IMG/VR virus record: IMGVR_UViG_3300050144_000109
Location: 64,001-128,000 of that record
Direction: 5' to 3' (one strand)
DNA from: a virus
DNA: 64,000 nt
Below are positions 19,003 to 28,555 of this stretch, in pieces (the first letter of the stretch is position 1; each line of letters begins with the position of its first letter). Made by a program: the position numbers and the translations under genes. The notes below the pieces were generated by a model, which was not told the origin of the DNA, did not search any database, and saw only the letters and a list, made by a program, of their open reading frames with translations.

Positions 19003-19401
19003 ATGGCTGACCTGACAGACCTCATTGAACTAGGATTGAGTTCCTTGTTCGAATGGATTGAAAAATCCAAAACGACCCGCACCATTGTTCGCCAGCTTGA
19101 TGCTGACAAAACAAGGTATGAAGTCACAACAAATGCGGGCTATGGATTCTTCATCTACTGTGAAGAGCACCGCTTTGCTTATTGGAACGGTAGATCAATG
19201 CGCTCTACTTCCCCAAAGAGCATCTTCCGTGTCTACTGTCATTGCGATGAAAATACACCTGACGTCATTAGAAATAGATTGTCCAAGGTATTGGATTTAC
19301 CATGTCTTGTATCTAACTTTACATCGGTAGATTTCAAGAAAAAAGCAGCCATCAAGGCTTACTTGGATTTGATCCTGTCCGAAATGAAGAACGAACTCTG
19401 A
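19003..19401 (+). CDS. Hypothetical protein
   Basis: 132 aa with AAGGA RBS. Confidence 0.7.
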   Translation: MADLTDLIELGLSSLFEWIEKSKTTRTIVRQLDADKTRYEVTTNAGYGFFIYCEEHRFAYWNGRSMRSTSPKSIFRVYCHCDENTPDVIRNRLSKVLDLPCLVSNFTSVDFKKKAAIKAYLDLILSEMKNEL

Positions 19402-19414
19402 ACATCATGTAGCT

Positions 19415-19463
19415 CCTCTGTACTCACGTTTAAGCATTAGACGCTTAAACGTGAGTACAGAGG
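19415..19463. terminator. 21-bp perfect hairpin followed by TTATG, upstream of terminase
   Basis: cctctgtactcacgtttaagc-7nt-gcttaaacgtgagtacagagg. Confidence 0.65.
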
Positions 19464-19512
19464 CTCTTATGCATTCTTTTATTTTCAACCAAACTAGTCA
19501 AGAGAAGCAACT

Positions 19513-21657
19513 ATGTCACTGATTCTATTTCAAGAAGATTGGCAACGCTACCCAAATGCCATCATTGACACTGAGACAAAGAACAGAAGCTGGATAGAGA
19601 AAGCCTACATGTTGAAAGACATGGGGGTTAAGAACCACGCGTTTCCATTGGCACTTCACAATCCAGCGCTTCTAGGCGTGGATCCCCACAGCGATTCGTT
19701 GTCACTCAAGATGATGGCCATGATTGCCGTGGAGTGCAGACAGAACTTCTGGTACACGGTCAGAAACGTCTGGAGGGCTCCAGCCAAGGCAGGTAACAAT
19801 ACCTCCCCCATTGAGGCCAACCGTGCCAACTTGTCGATGTGGTGGTGCTTCTTCAACCACATTACGTACATACTGACGCAACCTCGTCAGACAGGCAAGT
19901 CCTTCTGCACTGACATCCTGATGAATTCTCTCATGAACTTTACTTGTGAAAATACACAGATCAACTTGCTGACCAAAGATGAAACCCTTCGAAATGAAAA
20001 CGTCAAACGCATCAAAGAGATCTATGAGGAACTCCCAGAGTACCTGAACTTCAAGACAAGGAACGATGCCAACAACACAGAAACTGTCACAGTCAACCGG
20101 TTCAACAATACCTACCTCACACACGTCGCACAGGCGTCCTCCAAGCGTGCCAGAAACACCATGCGGGGTCAGACCTCTCCAATTGTGCACATCGACGAAG
20201 CACCCTTCCAAGTCAACATTGATCTATCGTTGGGTGCAGCACTCCCAGCCATGGGCGCAGTCTGTGAGAAAGCAGAACTCAACGGAGAGCCATACGGCGT
20301 CATCTTCACAACAACCTCGGGAAAGAAAGATGAACCCAGTGGCAAGTACATGTACAACTACATCACGGATTCGGCCGTGTGGTCAGAGCGGTTCTACGAT
20401 GCAAAGAATCGGCAAGAGCTTGAAGAGATGGTCAGAAAGAATTCTAGAAAAGGTGCATTGAAAATCTATGGCTGCTTCAATCATAGGCAGCTGGGTAAGA
20501 GTGACGAATGGGTGAAAGCACAGATTGAGCGTTCTGGACAAACACCAGACGAAGCCAATCGCGATTACTTCTGTATTTGGACAGCCGGTACAGAGTCTTC
20601 ACCGCTGAGCTTAGACATTCTAGAAAAGCTCGTCAAGTATAAAACTCCAGAATGCTTCCAACAGATCCATCCAATTGGAAGTTACATTCTGCGTTGGTAC
20701 TTGATTGAAAGTGTGATCAAGAAGTACATGAGCGAAACACCCATTGTGGTGGGTATTGACACTAGTGATGCCTCTGGTGGGGATGATATCTCTATTGTTG
20801 GCACAGACGCTACCAATGGCGCAGTGGTGTTCACAGGCACCTACAATGAAACCAACCTCATCACATTCTCGCAGTGGTTGGTGCACTTGCTGGAGAAGTA
20901 TCCCAACATCACCATGAACATTGAGCGTAGAAGCTCAGGCATCACAATCCTAGACTATCTGTTATTGTTCTTACCCCAAAAGGGAATTGATCCTTTTGCA
21001 CGACTGTTCAACTGGGTCATCAATGACCCCATGGAACACAAAGCGCTCTATGATGAAGTCAGACTGCCTATGCGCAGGCGCAGCGAAGACCTGTACGTCA
21101 GAGCAAAGAAGTATTTCGGATTTGCTACTTCGGGTGGCGGTCAGACGAACCGTGCGGATTTGTATTCAAAGACGCTAGTGAATGCATGCAGGCGTTGTGC
21201 GCACTTGGTGAGAGACCAATACCTGATTGATCAGATCACTGGACTGGTTATTAAGAATGGTCGTGTTGACCATGAGGACGGTAAACATGATGACTTGGTG
21301 ATTGGATTCTTGCTTTGTCACTGGCTGCTCACCATGGGGAAGAATTTAAACTACTACGGTATTTCACCTGCTGAAGTGTTGGTAGAGCACCGCACGCAAG
21401 CTGCAATCAGTGCTGAGAAAGCTTACTCACATTACGAACAGCAAATGATCAGAGAGCGTATGCAGCGTGTCTATGAAGACATGAGTGCAGAGTCTGATGA
21501 AACAATTCTTTACAAGCTAGAGTCTGAGTTGAGGTTTTTGGATTCTAGAAGAGTCATGGAAGACGGGGAAGACTTCTCTGTTGACTCTGCTTTGGAAGAA
21601 CTAAAAAAGAAAAAGAAAACAGCAAAGTCCCAATACGGGTACTACAACTTTAATTAA
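19513..21657 (+). CDS. terL: Terminase large subunit (phiKZ gp25-like)
   Basis: Walker A PRQTGKS, Walker B IVHIDE, coupling motif TTT, RNase H-like GIDTS and HDDLVI. Confidence 0.92.
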   Translation: MSLILFQEDWQRYPNAIIDTETKNRSWIEKAYMLKDMGVKNHAFPLALHNPALLGVDPHSDSLSLKMMAMIAVECRQNFWYTVRNVWRAPAKAGNNTSPIEANRANLSMWWCFFNHITYILTQPRQTGKSFCTDILMNSLMNFTCENTQINLLTKDETLRNENVKRIKEIYEELPEYLNFKTRNDANNTETVTVNRFNNTYLTHVAQASSKRARNTMRGQTSPIVHIDEAPFQVNIDLSLGAALPAMGAVCEKAELNGEPYGVIFTTTSGKKDEPSGKYMYNYITDSAVWSERFYDAKNRQELEEMVRKNSRKGALKIYGCFNHRQLGKSDEWVKAQIERSGQTPDEANRDYFCIWTAGTESSPLSLDILEKLVKYKTPECFQQIHPIGSYILRWYLIESVIKKYMSETPIVVGIDTSDASGGDDISIVGTDATNGAVVFTGTYNETNLITFSQWLVHLLEKYPNITMNIERRSSGITILDYLLLFLPQKGIDPFARLFNWVINDPMEHKALYDEVRLPMRRRSEDLYVRAKKYFGFATSGGGQTNRADLYSKTLVNACRRCAHLVRDQYLIDQITGLVIKNGRVDHEDGKHDDLVIGFLLCHWLLTMGKNLNYYGISPAEVLVEHRTQAAISAEKAYSHYEQQMIRERMQRVYEDMSAESDETILYKLESELRFLDSRRVMEDGEDFSVDSALEELKKKKKTAKSQYGYYNFN

Positions 21658-21671
21658 AAACTAAGCATAGT

Positions 21672-21709
21672 GAGGAGTAGACGGCGCGTTTCTGCGCCGT
21701 CTACTCCTC
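21672..21709. terminator. 16-bp perfect hairpin between convergent genes
   Basis: gaggagtagacggcgc-6nt-gcgccgtctactcctc. Confidence 0.7.
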
Positions 21710-21728
21710 CAATCACTGTGACAAAATC

Positions 21729-22301
21729 TTAACTATCAAATCCAAACACAAAACGGATTTCACCATGCGTTTCTTTGAGCCGCTTAACCTCATCAAAGAA
21801 GTATTTGACTCCTTCTTTTAGATTTTCAACCCATTCAATATGAACATCTGTGTAGTCTGGAAACATCTCTTTTTCTACAGCACTATCGTTGATCACTCTG
21901 ATGCCAGGCCCACTGCGACTATAACAATAGTCATCAGGGGGTGTTTTTCCATCCCATGCAATGTAAGCTTTTCTGGAAATAATCCCACACCGCCCGACAG
22001 TAATTTCAGGGCCGTTATACCAGTCCAGCATTTCTTTATCACTTAACCAAGAAAATGAATGATCCCCAAAATCACACATCTCTTCCATTTCCATGATTCT
22101 TTTTTCTTTAGGGAGTCCTTTTGGCTCTGAGATTGGAACTACTGCATCACCAGTGGGTATTCCTGCGAAACCATATCCGTTTCGAACATCTGCCAAAATG
22201 GCAAATAACTGGTAGTGTCGGTTAAATTCAAATTCAGTTTCAACAGTTTCCCACTTGTTATCGATCTTTGCTTGGAAAACGCCATGAATGTCGGTACCCA
22301 T
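21729..22301 (-). CDS. Widespread phage hypothetical protein (MGTDIH...FGFDS family), stand-alone insertion
   Basis: Motifs RHYQLFAILADVRNG and GDHSFSWL; AAGGAG RBS; has its own promoter motif. Confidence 0.8.
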   Translation of the reverse strand: MGTDIHGVFQAKIDNKWETVETEFEFNRHYQLFAILADVRNGYGFAGIPTGDAVVPISEPKGLPKEKRIMEMEEMCDFGDHSFSWLSDKEMLDWYNGPEITVGRCGIISRKAYIAWDGKTPPDDYCYSRSGPGIRVINDSAVEKEMFPDYTDVHIEWVENLKEGVKYFFDEVKRLKETHGEIRFVFGFDS

Positions 22302-22354
22302 TTAACTACTCCTTTGTGCTTTTGCACGTGGTTGATAAAGCCATACTTCAGATT

Positions 22355-22382
22355 AGTGATATGTGACTATGATTTTTTGCAA
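22355..22382 (-). promoter_or_regulatory. Putative phage early promoter motif
   Basis: TTGCAAAAAATCATAGTCACATATCACT. Confidence 0.7.
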
Positions 22383-22460
22383 TCTGGTTTGAGATAAAGG
22401 ACATAAAGGACACAGAGCTTCCAGCAACGGAAAGCTCTGTGTCCTTCTGCCGTCTAAAGT

Positions 22461-24179
22461 TTAAACAATCACATTTCCTGACACGTCCACGTAGTAGACT
22501 GGCATGCCTGCAATCGAGAGCTGCAAGTCTTGTGTCGGTGTTCTCTTGATGAACTGTACAAACACAGTCGATGAGTTCGCTACATTCGCACTGATGGTCA
22601 AGTTGTCTGACCATTGTGCAATTGAGTATTCAGTTCTAACACTTCCCACCATCACTACAAAATGTGTAGGTGTCAGCGGACCAGTTTCTGTCGTTGGGTT
22701 GTACAAAGGCTGTGTCTTCAGATAAACCTTGTTCAACCAATCGTTCAAATTAGTTTGCTTGTTTGCTAAATTCAAGCGATACGTGTTTGAGCCGATGAAG
22801 TATGCAGCAGCGTAAGTGTCTTGACCATAACGTGGAGACTGGTCAGGACTGAACCCAATCAGCCAATTGGTCAGTCTTTCAGTACCCTGCCTTGCAATGA
22901 CCACGTCCACAGTTTGTGTGTGGATATAGCTCTTGTAGATGCCGTTGACATCCTTCAAGTTCACCGACACACTCAAGTGTTGCAGCACACCGTAAGCGAT
23001 CGGGTCATACGGCGTGACTGCAGTATTGATGACCACATTCGTTGTCACATCGTAGAAGATATCTCGACTCAGGTTATACATGTACCACTTCAGACGGTAG
23101 CCTGAGACAGAATCAACCCAAACTGGGTACGGGAACAACTTGACTCCGTACGTACCGTCTGCACTGAGCGTCACAGCCTCATAAGCTGCTGAGATGTGTG
23201 TATCTGCGCCAGCAATGGCTGAGTAGTTGTACTCATTTGGAGCCAAAGAATACTTCAGCACCAATTTGATTCTTTGACCAATCACCGTAGCCACATATTG
23301 ATCCAAGCCAAACAACGTGAACTTGGTGCCGTCGACTGGATACTCTTTGACTTCACCATTGGAGTAAGTCACGACTCCAATCAAGTTCAAGCTGTTCAGA
23401 GGAACATTGATCGGATACTGAATCAGCCTAGCGTTGGTGGATGCGATGAAAGGTGACCTCAGCGAGATACCGATGATGTACTTCATGTCCGCATCCGCTG
23501 AGCGAATGTAGGCAGTGTTCTCGACCAGCAATTGCCTCTTAGAGACGACAAAACCAGCCGCATCATAGAAGATTGCTGTAACAAGTTCTCCGTCGTCTAG
23601 GGGGGCTGTGGTATAGGCTGGTGCGACTGTCTTGATGGTCTTGTTGTCCAGCAGTTGAGTCGCTGCAAGCTCCAGCGCAATGTTTTCACTGACCAACTGA
23701 CCACTCGTGTCATACACACGAGAGATCACATTGCCTGTATCTGAAGAAACATCAGAGCCCCTGAAGATCTTACAATAGTTACACATGCTGCCAGCCACCT
23801 TCAGCCTAGCATCCACACTCATGCGGTAAGGGCTTACAGACTGGTCCACATACACCCGGTACGTGTCCGACTGCTGGCCAGGACCCACCCCAATCAAGAC
23901 GTCATCTGGAGTGAAGTATGCATTGGGGGAGTTTACCTCCTCTGCCAAGAACACAGGCACCATGGTACTGGGGTTGATGTCCTTGACAATGAACTTGGCA
24001 ATGTGAACGCCAGTGATCTCAATGACAAGATCCCCGATCTTTGGAACGTATTTGTTTTCTGCAACGTGACCTAAGTAAATTTCACTCATATTCCAGATTT
24101 GCCACTTAGCATCTGGATTGTAAATCGGAGAGATGTTGTCAATGCCGACAACGCCCCCTACGTTCAAAGGAGTTGGCAT
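22461..24179 (-). CDS. Virion structural (baseplate) protein, phiKZ gp26-like
   Basis: 572 aa, beta-rich, YVPKIGDLV motif; synteny. Confidence 0.75.
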   Translation of the reverse strand: MPTPLNVGGVVGIDNISPIYNPDAKWQIWNMSEIYLGHVAENKYVPKIGDLVIEITGVHIAKFIVKDINPSTMVPVFLAEEVNSPNAYFTPDDVLIGVGPGQQSDTYRVYVDQSVSPYRMSVDARLKVAGSMCNYCKIFRGSDVSSDTGNVISRVYDTSGQLVSENIALELAATQLLDNKTIKTVAPAYTTAPLDDGELVTAIFYDAAGFVVSKRQLLVENTAYIRSADADMKYIIGISLRSPFIASTNARLIQYPINVPLNSLNLIGVVTYSNGEVKEYPVDGTKFTLFGLDQYVATVIGQRIKLVLKYSLAPNEYNYSAIAGADTHISAAYEAVTLSADGTYGVKLFPYPVWVDSVSGYRLKWYMYNLSRDIFYDVTTNVVINTAVTPYDPIAYGVLQHLSVSVNLKDVNGIYKSYIHTQTVDVVIARQGTERLTNWLIGFSPDQSPRYGQDTYAAAYFIGSNTYRLNLANKQTNLNDWLNKVYLKTQPLYNPTTETGPLTPTHFVVMVGSVRTEYSIAQWSDNLTISANVANSSTVFVQFIKRTPTQDLQLSIAGMPVYYVDVSGNVIV

Positions 24180-24215
24180 GGTGTTTGGTCCTAAAGAAGA
24201 AAACAGTTATTCTAA

Positions 24216-26792
24216 TCAAACAATTTTAGCATAGTTGGACAGTTCTGTCAAACCCTTGGCATAAATCAGGATGACTCTGTTCATGAAAGCATACTGTTGA
24301 ATCGTGAGATTGACTTCTGTAGAAAAACAATGTGGGTGAATGATCACGTATTGCTGGTCAGGCAGATTGTCTGCAATGATGGGGTCAAATGACAGGAGGT
24401 AAGTGTATTCTTTCAAGCAATCACTGACTTGTGCGTTCGAATATTGCTTGTTTAAGAAGTCAGGCACTAGGACACCCAACTTCAAATCCATCATGACCTT
24501 GCAAATGAAAGGGGAATAGACTTTGTAGTAATTGACAATCGGCGATAAACCCGTTGGATTGACTGTGCCTAGCTTAGCAGTCATGTAGTTGCCGATGACC
24601 GTATCAATGTCCCTAGAACGTTCTCTGATGGCGTACGAATCTTCTCCAGTGATGTCTTTCAAAGGAACAATCACGTCCTTGATCAGGTATGGTTTACCGT
24701 TGAGTGCGTTCAGTGTAGAGAAGGTACCGGCATCCTCATTGAAAACCAAATCTTCTTTGACTCTGATGCCACCATTGACTTGAATCTTGATGACTTTGTC
24801 ATCACGGATGTCATATTGGTGGTCCACAGAAAGTACACCCCCCATGACAAACCCAAACTCATTGGCATCTGTCAGTTCTAGGGTGCTCTTACAGAGTCCT
24901 TTGAACCGAACAACCACGGTTTGCTTGCCCGTACTTCGAATGTATTCCTTGTTGGTGATGATGACTGCTGGGTACTTGACAAAGTAGTCCAAGTTCTGAA
25001 TCAGGAGTCTACCATTCAGGAAAATATCCAACTCCCCCATGGGGACTTCGAGCACACGCATGGTGTTGACGCCATTGATCAAGCGCCTGCTATACAGGTT
25101 GAACTCCATGAGGCCATCTACCAAGTCAAACTCTTGGGTATAGAGCAGTGCTGCCTTGTTGGTGCGCACTAAAGTCTGACTCATCGAGTTGACAGCCCAG
25201 GTGGCTACACCGTCTACAATGGAGTACTTGCTAAAATCATTGGTAACGTCTGTCCAAGTCTGAGCCTGGGCATTTGAAGTCTTCGGACAGGTATAAAAAC
25301 GGTAATCATAACGATCGTCAATGATGATAGTTCTCACATTGAGGTAGTCATCTAGAATTTCTTTGCATTCGCCACGAATAAACTCCACGTACTTGGCACC
25401 AGGGTTCACACAGTTGTAATAGCTGCCAGCCACATGGTAGCTCCATCCCAAAAGCAGCCCATTCACATCGTATTCAAACCCAGTACAGTCTGTTTGATAG
25501 GCAAATGGCTGTTTGGTGACGACCTGGCCACTGAAAACATACGTCTTCAGAACAGGTTCAGCCACTAGTTTTGCAATAGCATTGTATCCATAAGCACCAG
25601 TCACTAAACTCTTGCTGACATTGAAGTAATTCGACCCCATGAGTCCCACATAAGGACTGGCTTCAAGTGTAGAAGCTTTCCACATGGGTACGGTAGAGTC
25701 AACGCCCAGCATGGCTGACTGGATATTGGTGTCTGCAAGCTTATAGAGTTCTTTGATTCTCAGATTCTCGTCAATAAGAGCACGAGAAAATCCAGAGTTT
25801 CTGAACTTCAACTGAATCACTGCGTTCTGTACCGTCAGTACCGCAGGGTTTGCTTCAATGATGGCTCTGACTTGACTCACTGGGGTCGAGTAGTCACGAT
25901 GTGTGACATTCCTGAGTGTCAGTGGATTGTTCTTGTGGTAATAAACGCCTTCGTTCGTATTCTTATCGATAATGAAGCAGTCAATGTCGTCTTGAAAATC
26001 AATTGTGCCGACATCAGCACCTGGATAATGCAGAAGGTACTTCCCAACGGAATGCACCGATGAGTTGAATGTATTCAAATCCGACACAGTGTAGCGCACG
26101 GTCTTGTACACTGAGGTATCACGCACCATCTCTACAACATCACCTGGCTTGCAAGTCACCAAAGATAGCGTATTGATTTTATAGCCATTCCTGTAGACTG
26201 TTACATCCCCAAGCAAAGCGACTTTCTGGTTATAATCCACCTGCATTGACAGTATGTCTGCAGTCGCTGCAGTCACCATGCCGCGAATATAGATTTCTTG
26301 CGCAGCAGCGTTGCTTCGCACACTGTTAAAGTATGCGTTTCTATATACCCGCATATACACAGGCACTCTGCCAAACTCAATTGTAGAAGCCGTCGTGTTA
26401 TACTTCCCAATCTGACGCAATTCCTTGATTGCAACAATGATGTTTCTCTCTTCTGTCACCATGTAGTACGCTTGTGACAAAGGAAAGCAAACCCCAGTGC
26501 TGGTGTAGAGCTGACACACGACACTCACACGCATGCAAGCGTCACTGAGCTTAGTCCAAGTATACATGCGTGGAAACAAATCCACAATGGCAGGATGCAC
26601 TTGCCCAATTTGAAACAAATGGAACCGGACACCGGGCTCAGGTACCACAAATGAAGTCATCAAAGCCTTCCAGCTTCTAGACACTCCGGAGTACCCGGTG
26701 AGCCTAGCCAACTGGAAGATGATCTGGTTGTCTTGATCAGGCACACACCACACATTCTTCAGTGCATGGTCAACCAAATAGTCTTGACTCAT
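24216..26792 (-). CDS. Virion structural (baseplate) protein, phiKZ gp27-like
   Basis: 858 aa with N-terminal YLVDHALKNVWCVPDQD; synteny. Confidence 0.8.
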   Translation of the reverse strand: MSQDYLVDHALKNVWCVPDQDNQIIFQLARLTGYSGVSRSWKALMTSFVVPEPGVRFHLFQIGQVHPAIVDLFPRMYTWTKLSDACMRVSVVCQLYTSTGVCFPLSQAYYMVTEERNIIVAIKELRQIGKYNTTASTIEFGRVPVYMRVYRNAYFNSVRSNAAAQEIYIRGMVTAATADILSMQVDYNQKVALLGDVTVYRNGYKINTLSLVTCKPGDVVEMVRDTSVYKTVRYTVSDLNTFNSSVHSVGKYLLHYPGADVGTIDFQDDIDCFIIDKNTNEGVYYHKNNPLTLRNVTHRDYSTPVSQVRAIIEANPAVLTVQNAVIQLKFRNSGFSRALIDENLRIKELYKLADTNIQSAMLGVDSTVPMWKASTLEASPYVGLMGSNYFNVSKSLVTGAYGYNAIAKLVAEPVLKTYVFSGQVVTKQPFAYQTDCTGFEYDVNGLLLGWSYHVAGSYYNCVNPGAKYVEFIRGECKEILDDYLNVRTIIIDDRYDYRFYTCPKTSNAQAQTWTDVTNDFSKYSIVDGVATWAVNSMSQTLVRTNKAALLYTQEFDLVDGLMEFNLYSRRLINGVNTMRVLEVPMGELDIFLNGRLLIQNLDYFVKYPAVIITNKEYIRSTGKQTVVVRFKGLCKSTLELTDANEFGFVMGGVLSVDHQYDIRDDKVIKIQVNGGIRVKEDLVFNEDAGTFSTLNALNGKPYLIKDVIVPLKDITGEDSYAIRERSRDIDTVIGNYMTAKLGTVNPTGLSPIVNYYKVYSPFICKVMMDLKLGVLVPDFLNKQYSNAQVSDCLKEYTYLLSFDPIIADNLPDQQYVIIHPHCFSTEVNLTIQQYAFMNRVILIYAKGLTELSNYAKIV

Positions 26793-26798
26793 AGCGGC

Positions 26799-27788
26799 TT
26801 ACCTCACGTGTTGGGAAGGGTCAAACTCTTGCAGCACACGCTTGGCATCCAGAAGAGACTCCACGCTGCGTGCAAAGGACAGACCAGTACCCCCCTTGGC
26901 ATACCGATCTACCAGCTTGGCAATGATAGATTTCTTGAATGTGGCTTCTGTGATTGATGCATAACAAATCATCAGCCATGTAGGGATGTGTTCTAGTCCC
27001 ACGGAGAGGATTTCCCGTGCATTGGTACCATACCAGTTACCACCCACAATCGCCAGCAGCACGCCATGGTTAAAGTCCTGCAAGCGAACAGATCCAGTGG
27101 CTTGTTTGATGACTTCACAGAAGTGCGTCAAACCTGTGATGACAGGAAGTGCTTCCAGAATGTCCACCACCTTGTTAGCAGGCGCACGTGTCATCTGTGC
27201 GATCTTACCAGCAATCTTCAACTGATGGTCCTTGTCAAACTCCACCTCATCAGTGAACAAGCAGTAGTAGAAATAGATCGATACCATCATAATGATCAGC
27301 TGCTCACCAGGATCAAGTGCATACTTCCTGGAGATAGCTTCACTCATCAAGGACCCATAGACTTGGGCCGGCATTGTGCTCAAGTCCTTGAACAGATCAG
27401 CGCGCTCTGTGATCCATAAATGGTTGAGCACAGACCTCAATACAGCCCAGTTGTACTCTGGGTAGTTTCTCACTACAAAAACGTTTTGAGGAAGAACCAC
27501 TTTGCCATAGTTGCGCACATCAATGTAAGTCGTGACAACACCGTGCGCCCCAGCTTCATCATGTTTCATGAAGACAGGATGGCCAAAGTAAGGAATAGAG
27601 TCTGCAGTATGACTGCCGCCTTCAACAGAAGACACACCGACCGCATAACCGTAGTTCTTGATATCGAAGACATGTTGGTGCAAAGCACCTGTGATCTTGG
27701 CAGCCTTGAGCTTGTCCTCAACTGAGCGCAAGCCAGACTGGTAAGGAGAACCTGCCAGCGTATCGTAAGCGGTATAGAAAATAGTCAC
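26799..27788 (-). CDS. Conserved virion-associated protein, phiKZ gp28-like
   Basis: Likely GTG start at 27788 after a GAGGGG RBS; IPYFGHP and LEHIPTW motifs; synteny. Confidence 0.7.
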   Translation of the reverse strand: MTIFYTAYDTLAGSPYQSGLRSVEDKLKAAKITGALHQHVFDIKNYGYAVGVSSVEGGSHTADSIPYFGHPVFMKHDEAGAHGVVTTYIDVRNYGKVVLPQNVFVVRNYPEYNWAVLRSVLNHLWITERADLFKDLSTMPAQVYGSLMSEAISRKYALDPGEQLIIMMVSIYFYYCLFTDEVEFDKDHQLKIAGKIAQMTRAPANKVVDILEALPVITGLTHFCEVIKQATGSVRLQDFNHGVLLAIVGGNWYGTNAREILSVGLEHIPTWLMICYASITEATFKKSIIAKLVDRYAKGGTGLSFARSVESLLDAKRVLQEFDPSQHVR

Positions 27789-27886
27789 GACAAAAATCCC
27801 CTCAAAAGGAAAGAAACAAAAAAATAAAGAGAAGCTTAGAGGGTGGATGAGCATCGTGCTCATCCACCCTACAGAAGTGCTGTTGT

Positions 27887-28243
27887 TTAGTTCAGAATTT
27901 CCCCAAGCTGCCGGTTCACACTGTACGTAAGTTCAAGCTTGCAAAAATTCCGGACTTTTCGATTTGGAAAAATAGGACGACCTTTCGCCATTCCACTTTT
28001 CTTTGAACGACTTGAGAATTCCAGGAGCCAATCATGGAGCTCCATCAGCTTACCGTGACACGGGTCCGCGATTGAGAAATTAGCTATCATTTCGCTTACA
28101 GCGACTGCAGCCATTTTACCACTTACCGTAAATCCGTATGCCATCATGCGGAATTTCACTTGCTTAGCGCGACGAATCATTTCGATGTTTCCTATTGACT
28201 TGGTTGAGGATTTGATTTGAATTGGACTCAAAGAGATAAGCAC
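27887..28243 (-). CDS. Small basic hypothetical protein (start uncertain)
   Basis: ORF directly downstream of a promoter-motif copy (28254-28281). Confidence 0.5.
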   Translation of the reverse strand: MLISLSPIQIKSSTKSIGNIEMIRRAKQVKFRMMAYGFTVSGKMAAVAVSEMIANFSIADPCHGKLMELHDWLLEFSSRSKKSGMAKGRPIFPNRKVRNFCKLELTYSVNRQLGEILN

Positions 28244-28253
28244 AATCCAAATC

Positions 28254-28281
28254 AGTGATATACGACCATATTAAATTGCAT
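28254..28281 (-). promoter_or_regulatory. Putative phage early promoter motif
   Basis: ATGCAATTTAATATGGTCGTATATCACT. Confidence 0.55.
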
Positions 28282-28555
28282 TCTTATTCTGTACTTTTAC
28301 CTCCTTCACAATCGTATGCATAACACCTGCTGGCCTTAAAAAAGCCAGCAGGTGTGACGAGTATACTGGGTGTGTAAAAAAAGATTGTGCAATCAGGTAC
28401 TTTGTATATTCTGAGCATAGTAATCTTTTTTTTACTTATTGTGTTTGGCTTGTGACTTCAGCAACGCTGAGCAGTCAATGAAACTGTACTTTTCTCCAAG
28501 TTCACGTGTAAGTAATATTTGATTTTTCATTTCTCTTTTTCTTGAGGACTTTAAC

